A stretch of DNA of 64,000 nucleotides, from NCBI GenBank assembly GCA_951406725.2, contig OX597823.1, positions 69,750,001 to 69,814,000 on the forward strand, in the 5' to 3' direction. This DNA is from Octopus vulgaris (lineage: Eukaryota). The notes below the pieces were generated by a model, which had not been told where the DNA came from, made no database searches, and saw only the letters and a program-made list of their open reading frames with translations. Both the position numbers and the translations under genes were made by a program. Positions 41,155-51,732 of this stretch are shown in pieces; within the stretch, counting starts at the first letter, position 1, and the number at the start of each line of letters is the position of its first letter.

Positions 41155-41950
41155 TTATTTACCGCCAGACATCTTCTGTATGTAGAATGTACCAAATGAC
41201 TGAAGAAGGCCATGGGGATAGCAGCCCAAACTCTTAAAATTTGCAGTGAGTTGTGCCACAGTTGTCGGCCTTGGACGGATGTCATTTAGCCTTCTTTGGA
41301 TTTCGTCCCACAGATATTCTATGGAGTTGAAGTCCGGACTTAGGGCAGGCCATGGCAGTGCCTGGATGTTGTGCTGTTCAAGGAAGTCTGTTGTCAACCT
41401 GGCAGTATGGGCACGGGTGTTGTCCTGTTGGAAGATGTGCTTCCAATGACGGGCAAAGTATGACACAATGTGAGGCATCAACACTTCGTCGATGCAGTGA
41501 GCAGCGGTTACTCCATTGCCCTTGCCTTGGCCGATGCTTTGGAAGACCACCAGTCCAAGTTTCTTGTTGAGAGCAATCCGGCCCCATACCATGATGCTCT
41601 GCCTCCCCATGAATCTCTGTCCCCTACACAGCTATCGGCATGACATTCATCCCTTCTTCTCCAAGCCCTGGCTCTGCCGTCTGCCACAGAGGTGAAATAT
41701 CAACTTTCGACAGAGAAGACTACAGTTCCTCCACTACTGATATCGCCAGTTGTGATTTTTCGAGCCCACTTTAGACGCGCCCGTCGATGACGATCTATGA
41801 GGATGGGACCCCTAACCGGACGTCGAGAAGGTAGATTGAAAGATCTCAGCCGGCGGCGAAATTTCTCTGCACAAATGGGTCTGTAGTGAGTCCCTATGGT
41901 CTGCCTAGCTGGTTCCACTACCCTCCGAAATCGGTCCTGCAAGTGCAACT
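41155..41950 (-). pseudogene. Tc1-family (DD34E) transposase pseudogene
   Basis: RRRLRSFNL..RRP...RHRRARLKWAR, VFSVES (FSDES-like), IMVWG, FQQDNTRAH, LPWPALSPDFNSIEYLW. Confidence 0.9.
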
Positions 41951-42022
41951 ACCTAGAAATCTGATAAAATCCATGTAATCTCATTATCAGTTCAGTGTAT
42001 GTATATATATATATATATATAT

Positions 42023-42348
42023 GGGAAGCATTCCGTCGGTTACGACGCGAAGGTCCCAGCTGATACGATCAACGGAACAGCTTGCTCGTGAAAATAACGT
42101 GCAAGTAGCTGAGCACTCCACAGACACGTGTACCTTTAACGTAGTTCTCAGGGATATTCAGTGTGACACAAAGTGTGACAAGGCCGGCCCTTTGAAATAC
42201 AAGTACTACTCATTTTTGCCAAATGAGTGGACTAGAGCAACGTGAGGTAAAGTGTCTTGCTCAAGGACACAACGCGTCGCCGGGAATTGAACTTACGACC
42301 TTACGATCGTGAGTCGAATGCCCTATTCACTAAGCCACGCGCCTTCAC
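42023..42348 (-). mobile_element. tRNA/CORE-type SINE family D, full length
   Basis: Minus strand gtgaaggcgcgtggcttagtg...agttcaattccc (A/B boxes) and gtgtccttgagcaagacacttt; flanked by TA/CA repeats. Confidence 0.85.
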
Positions 42349-42363
42349 ACACACACATATATA

Positions 42364-42399
<36 letters not shown>

Positions 42400-43424
42400 T
42401 GTTTGTATGTGTAATTGTACTGACTGTGTGGTTTGTTTTCACATCAATCTGAGGTCATTTTTACATTTCATCCAGTCTAACTTGAAAATAAAGTCGCAGT
42501 CAAATATTCGGGTAGCTCGTTTCTTTCACTTCTTCCTCCATGTGTATCTCCCACCGCTCTTTCTCTCTCACTTCTTTCTCTTTTTCTTTCAGTTTCAAAT
42601 CTCTCTTTTTCGCTTTCTCTCCTTCTCTTTCACTCTCCCTCTCACAGTCGGCTACGTTGCCCTACGTTTCAATGGAGAAGGGTCACTGTAAGTTAACCTT
42701 ACCTCTCAAAATGGACAAGAACTGACCAAAGATATAGTGACCTATTCTCGCCAAAAAAAGTTAATACCCTACGGAAACAATCGAAGGACAGTTTAATATC
42801 TACCATCAGCACCAAACGAAAATAACCTTTGTGTGTTTGTTTATATATGTGTATATGTTCGTGTGTCGTCGATGAGAGTAAACGACGGGGAGAACGAAAA
42901 ACGTAAAAACAGAGGTGCTTCTTAAATAAAAAGAAAATAATACTCTATACAGTACTTGCTCCACACCGAAAGCGAATTGCACAGATAATACCGACAAGAT
43001 GATGATTTCCACAAGTAAGGAATCGAGAATTTGAAATTTCTGATGAACTGCCTGGCCTTTAAGACGACATAATTAAGCTTTCTTGGCAACCTTCTTTACT
43101 GCAATATTTCAACCTTTTCACCTTATCAGATTTCAATACACACAGCTACGAGTATGAGGAAAATTACATAATTTTGAATTTAACAGACTATTGATACAAA
43201 TAAAATTATCTATTATATAGATAATTCCAATGTTGCTTTTAGAGAAGATGGTAAAGCCGAGGCAGGCTTACAGAACAAAACTACTGGGAACACTTTATAT
43301 ACGTGCAATATAGATTAATTTTGTTTTTGTTATTTATTTATTTATTTATTTCCAACTGACGCAATCATAAATATAATAAAAACAATAGTAGGCGTCTTCC
43401 GTCGGTATACATCAGCAGAAATAT

Positions 43425-43541
43425 GCGCAAGAGTGGCTGTGTGGTAAGTAGCTTGCTTACGAACCACATGGTTCCGGGTTCAGTCCCACTGCGTGGCACC
43501 TTGGGCAAGTGTCTTCTACTATAGCCTCGGGCCGACCAAAG
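43425..43541 (+). mobile_element. SINE family B, 3' truncated
   Basis: Well-preserved head and CORE-like segment ending at gccgaccaaag. Confidence 0.85.
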
Positions 43542-43932
43542 AAATTTGCCTCTGGTATGGCATCACTGTTTGGAACAACTTATGTCTGTGAGCAAACATT
43601 TTCAAAATTGAAGCATGTGCAGTCAGCACTTCGAATGAGGTTTACTGGTGATTACTTACATGATATATTGATGATATTTTAAAAGCTAAACACCTGTTTC
43701 ACAAATCTCATTAACATCTTACTGCTTAGTTTGTGAGATTCGGATATATGCGCACTGGGCGTGATATAACTATCTTATTGCTAACGTCGCCTTCTTTGAT
43801 AACTTTTGATAAATATGTTAGTTGTCTTTATTTTTTGCGAATTCACTATATTGTATTGAACAAAATGGTTACGCGGCCCGCGTTCGTCACTCTCTCAGCT
43901 ATCTAGCCCGCTGTGCAAAAAGAAGACACCTG
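43542..43932 (+). mobile_element. hAT (Charlie/SPIN-like) transposon 3' end
   Basis: Frame from 43542: KFASGMASLFGTTYVCEQTFSKLKHVQSALRMRFTGDYLHDILMI (hAT dimerization-domain motif); subterminal gcggcccgc and decayed TIR gacacctg. Confidence 0.8.
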
Positions 43933-44951
43933 CCTTAGGGGATGACGGTTTAGCTTTATCAACAATGCAAAAGCAAGAAGCTGAATTTAGGAGGAGAATT
44001 TAGGTCTTGAAGACCCAAAATCTGAATGTCCTGCAACTGCCACCATCGAAGAAAAGATTGATCGTGTTCATCACACGGTGATGCGTAAAAGACACTCGAC
44101 TATATGTCGAATAGCCAATGCTGTTTTCGTAGCTCGTGCGAATTGAGAATATTCTGCACAAAGTACGAGGCATGACGAAGGTTTCTGCTCGTTGGCTGCC
44201 ACGTCTTCTGACATCTGATCAAAATTGCACGAGGCTGATCACATCAAGAAAAAATCTGATACTCTTTCATTGTTCCTTGAACTGTTTCTAAGTCAAGATG
44301 AGTATTGGCTTCATCACTTTCAGCCAAAGAGATAATATATGAGATAATATATGCAACGGAAACATCCCTACTTATTTGCTCAAAATAGCCCAGTATCGTT
44401 TCATCTGCGGGGAATATGACGACCTCAGTTTTTTGGCATGCAACAGACATGATATTATGTTTATTGAGTATCTTCAAAATGGCCACACCAGCAATGGAGA
44501 CTACTGTGCCAACTTGCTGAGACAGTTACGAAAGACTATCAAGAACAAACATCCAGGAAAACCGACAAAAGGGGTTTTGTTTCATCAGGACAAGACTCCA
44601 GAATATAAGTCATTGCTTTCAATGGCTGCCGTGCGTGACCGTAGCTTTGAACTGGTTGATCACCCTCCCTAATCTCCTGATTTAGCCCCATCGGACTATC
44701 ATCTGTTCTCCAACACGAAAAAACACTTTGCTGGGAACGAGCATTGCAGTGATGATAACCTCATATCTGTTGCTGATGAATTTATTAAGCCAATGGGATA
44801 AAAGCTTCTTCACCAATGAGATCCAAGAAATGAAACATAGATGGAAGAAATGTGTGAAGCGCAAGTGTGACTATGTAGAAAAATAAACCTTATTTGGTCA
44901 GATTCTATTAGAATATCTTGATCAGCCTATGAAGTTTTCAGCTAATCCTCG
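43933..44951 (+). mobile_element. Degenerate mariner element (same family as 12625-13544)
   Basis: MTKVSARWLPRLL, EYLQNGHTSNGDYCANLL, GVLFHQDK, SPDLAPSDYHLF, RWKKCV; terminus ttttcagctaatcctcg|TA. Confidence 0.85.
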
Positions 44952-44967
44952 TATATATATATGTGTG

Positions 44968-45043
<76 letters not shown>

Positions 45044-45889
45044 AATGTTTGATTCAGCTCGTGGAATCTACCCATATCGTTATTAAATTATATAACTCCA
45101 AAGTTACAGTCGATTGCTAGTATATATGGGTGTATATAATGTTAATGTATCGTACGAACTGGTGTATTGTACAGTTGTTGTTGGTCTGACTACTTTCTAT
45201 ATATTTATAGTCAATCATATCGAAACGTGTTCACTAAGTGGCTCACATCGTTTTTTGCTTTCTTTTATTTTGTTACTTCTCTAATATCACAAGACCAAAT
45301 ATCATTCAAATAACCAGAATGATATATACACTACATAGATGCAGATTATTTCAACAAAGATACTATATCACAAGCACACACGAAAAATGGAAATGTGAAT
45401 TGTTAGAATAAGTTATTAAAGTAATCACGCTGCGTTAGTTGATGGAATAGAAGTCTATTTCAACTATTTTTGACACCTTTCAAAATATTTAAAAAGAAGA
45501 AAGAAATGAAAAACAAAAAGAGAATTAAGTACGAACAGATAAGAATAACTAAAGCCATATCTGATGGAAACTCAATTAAGTAGTGTTTTTATATACCAAT
45601 GCCACTACATTTCAGTACAAACAGAAAATGTATGCATTTTTATGATTAATATAACTCACGTTTTTATCGGTAAGTTTATCTTTCTCTTAGGATTAACTTT
45701 ATGTTCGTTTCCACTTTGTTTTATTAAGAATTTGGTTTATTTTTCCTTTAAGCATCACAATCTCTCTCTTTCTCTTTCTCTCTCTCTCTCTCTAGTGACT
45801 TTCTTTTCACAAGTTTAAATGTATGACACCTTTCAAAATATTTAAAAGGAAGAAAGATATTTTACATCATGTTGAACCGTTAATCCCTA

Positions 45890-46072
45890 GACATGCTTTC
45901 TCTGTCTTTTGTTTTCATCCTCTCTACTTTTCATTTTCCTCTCAATCCTGTCGAAGAGCATAGGCTCGAAACGTCAAAGGCTTTTCTATACTTCACGAGC
46001 ACTAAACTAACACGCCGCTTGTTGTTCCTTCACTTGTCTTCGTTTTTTGAGATGTGTAAATTTGAACTATAT
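45890..46072 (+). mobile_element. Penelope-like terminal-repeat remnant with variant hammerhead-like motif
   Basis: ctgtcga-a-gagc-atag-gctc-GAAAC-GTC-aaag; homologous to 21675-21840; ends in TA repeats. Confidence 0.55.
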
Positions 46073-46080
46073 ATACATAA

Positions 46081-46548
46081 AAGGCGTCGTCGAATTACGA
46101 CCAAAATTGGTTCGACCGACTGGTAGTAAGTCGGCCTATACGCCTACATAGCTTTGTTTTATATTTTAACATTGTTAAGGTACAGTCTCAGATAAAAGTC
46201 AGACACAGCATTCTGTATTATACTACAACAGTGTTATTTGTTCGGAGTCGCAAGCAGTCGTCTAATAAACAAATACGAGGTTGTCTTGATGTCTCTGCGA
46301 CAGAATATTAATCCAACACTTAGGATAACCAGAGTGGCGATCGAAAACCAAATCTAGGGTATGTGTTTGTTAGCTGACATCATCCATAGACGGTTTAATT
46401 TCTAAGAAATTAAACCCATTAGATTTCAACTGTATATATGTATATATATAGATTGGACTATATATTATTTCTGCCGGGAGCTGGCGCGCCAATCGTCGTA
46501 GAGTCGATCGGTCGTAAGTCGGATAGGTCGTAAGTCGCCTACGACCTG
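46081..46548. mobile_element. Tigger/pogo-like MITE
   Basis: Imperfect TIRs (cgaattacgacc ... ggtcgtaagtcg) with repeated subterminal gtcgtaagtcg motifs; no ORF. Confidence 0.6.
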
Positions 46549-46559
46549 CATATATATGT

Positions 46560-47374
46560 ATGCATGTACGTATGTATGTATGCATGCATGAGTGTATATA
46601 TTAATTTATGTCTTTGTTCAGTTTTATTTCAAGATTTCTTGCCAATAAAGGAGCCGGTTCCTAACCTAGATCAAAGGCTCCGTCATTGGAATTTCAACAT
46701 CAACAATAGGGTATTTTTCATGTATGTATAAATGTATGTATGTATACATGTATTTCGGGGGCAAAAGAAAGTGATTGTGTCACTCATAGCCTCTCCTCTA
46801 CAGGTGTAATGATCGCTGCAGAACTTCTACTTGGCTGCGCCTTGTGGAAAGTTCTTGCTAATGGCCTCTCCTGCACTACTGTGTCCACAGCAGCACCTTC
46901 ACGCGGTACCCCCTGTTCTCACTGAGCCTGCTGTGTGGCGCGACCGGGTGCTTGGCGGTATAACCAGGTGGGCAGACTGGGCTCGTTAGCCTTGGTTGGC
47001 AGCCAGTCTAGGAGAAGGAAAACTCTGACTCCAAACCCTCGCTCCGCTGCCTTGCGGATGCTCTTGGGAGAGGGAAAGGCTATGGGAGTAAACCCAGACA
47101 GAAAATCCAGAGTGGAGCCCCGAAGACGGTAGGGTGTCGAATCTCGACCCCTTTCCGGCAACTCCTGCAGCCAACCAGATTCCAAACGTACTGCACTGCA
47201 TTCCTTTGGATTATGTCTGGGGTGCCGGGAGGGAGATTCTGGTGTCTGGGCAGCCCAGTGTCTTCGTTTCTAACGCCCAGGCTTGTGCCATGGAGAAACT
47301 ACTCCATCGAAAAAAATACATGTATTTATGTATGTATGTATATATGTATGTATGTACGTATGTATGTATGTACG

Positions 47375-47408
<34 letters not shown>

Positions 47409-47434
47409 TGTATGTATGTATGTATGTATGTATG

Positions 47435-47468
<34 letters not shown>

Positions 47469-47767
47469 TGTATGTAGATTTGCATGTTTTGCTCTATGTA
47501 TTCTCATGGATATAGTTGCCTATTTAGACATGCTCATATATATATTTAGATGCTAAATTTCTGAAAAGTTTTACAGATTTTTATAGTTCCAGTGATGGAC
47601 TGGATCTGTGGTCTTCGAATTAGCTTTCTCCTTTCTGGTTTTGAGAAGCCTAATTTCTCAAGATTGGTATTTAGGCAGTGTGTTACATATCCCAAGAATC
47701 CAATAATTACAGGTATAAACCTGAATTTGCAATCTGGATAGAGTAGATGCAAATTTCTGAGAGACAT
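46560..47767 (-). mobile_element. R4/Dong-type RLE-LINE 3' end split by a 560-bp insertion
   Basis: ORF 47546-47767 (LRNLHLLYPDCKFRFIPVIIGFLGYV...) matches 36780-37060; the 3' UTR continues through (TATG)n and resumes at 46600-46745. Confidence 0.75.
46756..47315 (+). mobile_element. RTE-clade 5'-UTR-derived non-autonomous retroposon with 12-bp TSD and short A tail
   Basis: Contains ccagtctaggagaaggaaaactctga..ccaaacc (motif recalled from RTE 5' regions); TSD atacatgtattt at 46744-46755 and 47316-47327; ends cgAAAAAA. Confidence 0.7.
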
Positions 47768-48125
47768 CGAAGCGGGACAGAGACTGAAAGAGATTTTTTA
47801 AATGATGCAACCAAAGGGGTGTTGCCCGAAGCAAACACCTGTTTTAATCGAAAATAGTAAATATACTTTTTCATAAGAATCACCATTCCTGCTATACTGT
47901 TATTTCTACAACTAGACTTATTTGTCTAATCTACTGGTATTCGCATACACATAAAACATTGTGCGTTTTCACACTATTAACAAATGTAAATGTGTATAGT
48001 GTTCGAAATACATATATTGAAATCACATAGACGTTATATGTTAACAAATCTATATCATACCTATGTGTGTGTGTGGTTGTCTGTTTGCGCATATACAACT
48101 CCCACACACATATACCTAATACATA

Positions 48126-48195
<70 letters not shown>

Positions 48196-48215
48196 AGAAC
48201 AAAGTGTACGTAAGC

Positions 48216-48251
<36 letters not shown>

Positions 48252-49406
48252 CCGCATATATACATGTGATACACACGCACGTATATATGTGCACACTCAT
48301 AATGCGTACTTCTATATATGTGTGTGTGTATTCTTGTATTCATGTAAGTGTGCATCTATATATGTAAGCATGTATGTACACACGTACGTGTATGTATGTA
48401 TGTATGTATGTTTTTGGATAAATGTTCATCTTTGACACCGTGTTTGTGCGTCTGTCTTTTGCACAATCATTCAATTGTTCTGTGTGTACGTATGTGTGTA
48501 TGTGTCTGAGAGATAGAGAAAGAGAGAGAGCTGGAGGAGACAGAAAAGAAGAGAGAGAGAGAGGAGACAAAGGAGAAGAGAGAGAAAGAGAGGGAGACAG
48601 TGAGACAGATAGTTTGCATATGTGTGCGTATGTATGTGAATGTGTGTGTGGGTGTATATGTGTCATATCTTGGTTGACTGCGAGTCAGATTTTTATCTTT
48701 TATCATACTTTATGTTAGTTTCTATCGCTAGTGCAAACAACAAAACTCGTGTAATTATTCTTTGCTCCATTGGTTGGTTGTTCGACTGCTATCTATTTCG
48801 AAGAAGCTATCTCTAAAACGCTTCAGTCATCCGTGACTAAAACGAAGATAATAGCAAATTACTGTAAACTGATCGTAAAATTACATTGATACAAGACTTT
48901 TTTTTTTTTTAGAAGATAAACAAACAAAAATTAAATGAAATAAATCTCGTACTCTACAACTACAACGCAACGCGACGTAGATGTTTACTGAAGATAAAGA
49001 GAAAGAACAACAAATATTGTAAAGTGAGCAGTAATTATTTAAAGATTCTACAAACAATCAATTAAAGTGCGTGGATGTGTGTGGTTGTGTATATGTGTTT
49101 TGTACGCGTGCGTGTGCGTGTGTGTCTATGAATGTGTGTGTCTATGCGTGTGGGTGTGTGTGTATGTGTGTGTACATAAATGTGTGTGTGTGTGTGTGAA
49201 AAAAAGAGTGAGAGAATCAGAGATTTTGTGCAGTTTAAGATGCCTACATAGGTAGAGTAGAAGGTACAGTACTATGTAGAAAGAGAGAGAGAGAGAGAGA
49301 AGAGAGAGAGAAGGAGGCTGATGGAACAGTAGATTAAATAATCACATGATCAAAGAAGATTTGATAGCAGGAGGTTTTCTGTCGATCTATCTATCTATCT
49401 CTCGCT

Positions 49407-49442
<36 letters not shown>

Positions 49443-49599
49443 ATATGCGTATATATATATATAGAGAGAGAGAGAAAGAGAAAGAGAGACATATATATAC
49501 GTATGCATATATGTATATATATATATGTATACATAGACGCTAACATAAGTGCATAAACACAAAGCATACACACACATATACGTACAACAATCAGATATG

Positions 49600-49613
49600 C
49601 ATACATACAGACT

Positions 49614-49665
<52 letters not shown>

Positions 49666-49801
49666 CATATATATATACACATATATATATATACATACAT
49701 ATATATATACACACATATATATATATACACATACATATATATACACATACATATATATATACACATATATACATATATATATATATACATATATATACAT
49801 A

Positions 49802-49848
<47 letters not shown>
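49600..49848. repeat. Imperfect (TA)n/(CATA)n tract
   Basis: Directly visible. Confidence 0.95.
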
Positions 49849-49850
<2 letters not shown>

Positions 49851-50245
49851 ATGAGTGTATGTATAAACGAATTCCAGTAAGAATGTTGAAGTTATGACGA
49901 TGAGATTTGGAATGAAGCAAAGATGCACTAGTTTAGTTTTTATGTTATCTTTTCATTTGTTTTCATATTTCGAACATAAAATATCTTTATCAAATTACAC
50001 ATTTGAATAAAAATATATCTTGTCTACCGAGGCACAATTGAATAGGCCTAAGCTCAATTGTGAGATGGCTAGAGATATACCCATAGATCAGTCTATTGTT
50101 TCCAGTAATTCACATGTTTAAAATTGTATTTCTTGCAGACAAATTCAACTTAGAACTCCGAATAACGTTGCATTTCGCTATTCAGTTACGAGTATATATT
50201 TCATTATGTAACATTGGTCATTCCGTGGGGTGAACTTACCTACAC

Positions 50246-50303
<58 letters not shown>

Positions 50304-50334
50304 CAAAAGGAAGAAGCAGATGAATAACGATTGC

Positions 50335-50885
50335 TTTGGTTACAATCCAACAATTTTGAGTGAAAGGGCTTAGTAGAGATCCTAAGTGCTACATTATTTT
50401 AGCGATCGCATAAGTCTGAAAAGATGAAGTCGAAGTCAACTGTCATTTGCACACAGAATGTAAAGAGCCGGAACAAAGTCATATAATCTGATGCTATAAC
50501 AATTCTACGAATCCGCCCTAATAATAATTCTTTCTACTAGAGGCACAGGGCCTAGAATTTTAGTGGGAGGGAGCTACGCGATTACCTTGAGCCCTAAAGC
50601 TGGACTGGTACTATTTTGTTGATCCCGACGGACAAAGTTCACCGCAGTGGGATTTGAACTCACAACGTATAGAGTAATAAAAAATGGCCGCTGAATGCTT
50701 TTTCCGACCCTGACACTACGCTGCCGGTTTTCTACCGTCACCGGCCTTATAATAATGCTTAATTGTTTCTCATATAGGCACAAGACCAGCAAATTTTGAT
50801 GAAACGGGGATTGGTCGATTACATTGACCCCCGTGTTTGTCTTATATTAACCCCCAGATGTGAGTAAAGTTAAGTTGACCGCACA
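50335..50885 (-). mobile_element. Three stacked degenerate family A SINEs
   Basis: Repeated ggcaca.g.cc tails and core remnants (gatttgaactcac, tcgattacattgacccc). Confidence 0.6.
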
Positions 50886-50896
50886 TTTGATTTCTA

Positions 50897-51150
50897 TTGG
50901 GCTGGTGCATAATTATTGCGGCTTTTTTTTTTTTTCAACAAATTTTATTCAACAAAAACAATAACAATATTTAACAAAAGCATCTTTAAATGACGGTCTG
51001 ACCGTCTGTCAAATAAATGGGAAGCAGTAATTGAAGTAGATGGTGAATATGCCCCAGAATAATCATTTAAAGATGTTTTCTTACGTGTTATTGTTTTTGC
51101 TCGATAAAATTTGTTGAAAAAAAAGCCGCAATAATTATGCACCAAATCCA
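50897..51150 (+). mobile_element. Mariner-derived MITE (254 bp) with about 95-bp TIRs and TA TSD
   Basis: TA|ttgggctggtgcataattattgcggc...gccgcaataattatgcaccaaatcca|TA; the centre encodes DRLSNKWEAVIEVDGEYAPE*. Confidence 0.9.
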
Positions 51151-51377
51151 TAAATAAGCAGTAAAGCCAAATTTGAGTATCAATTGATTAAGTTGACTCA
51201 GTATGACACGTATGCATATTTTAATGACAATGGGCAATGTTAATCTGAGGAGGGTTTGAAATCAGATCGAACATGGTCTTTACGTATACCACAAACTAAT
51301 GGTTGTTACACAAACGATTTTATCAAAATACATTAAAACCCAGAGACACATCTGTCCAACTGTTATAAATATTCCTT

Positions 51378-51732
51378 TATTCTTTTACTTGTTTCAGTCA
51401 TTTGACTGCAGCCATGCTGGAGCACCGCCTTAAAGGGTTTTGTAGTCGACGAAATTATCCCCAGGACTTGTACATTGTAAGCATAGTGCTTATTCTATCG
51501 GTGGTTTTTGCCGAACCGCTACATTACAGGGATGTAAACACACCGACGTTGCTTGTCAAGTGATGGTGGGGGGTCAAACACTGGCACAAAGACGCACATT
51601 AATAATACATACACACACAAAGATTATATACACACACAAAGATTATATGCCCAATCTCTCGCGCAGTGGTATTGAACCCGGAACCATGTGGTTGGGAAGC
51701 AATCGTCTTACCGCACAGCCATGCTTGCACCT
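51378..51732 (-). mobile_element. SINE family B
   Basis: tcttttacttgtttcagtcatttgactgcagccatgctggagcaccgcc tail; gaacccggaaccatgtggttg head. Confidence 0.85.
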
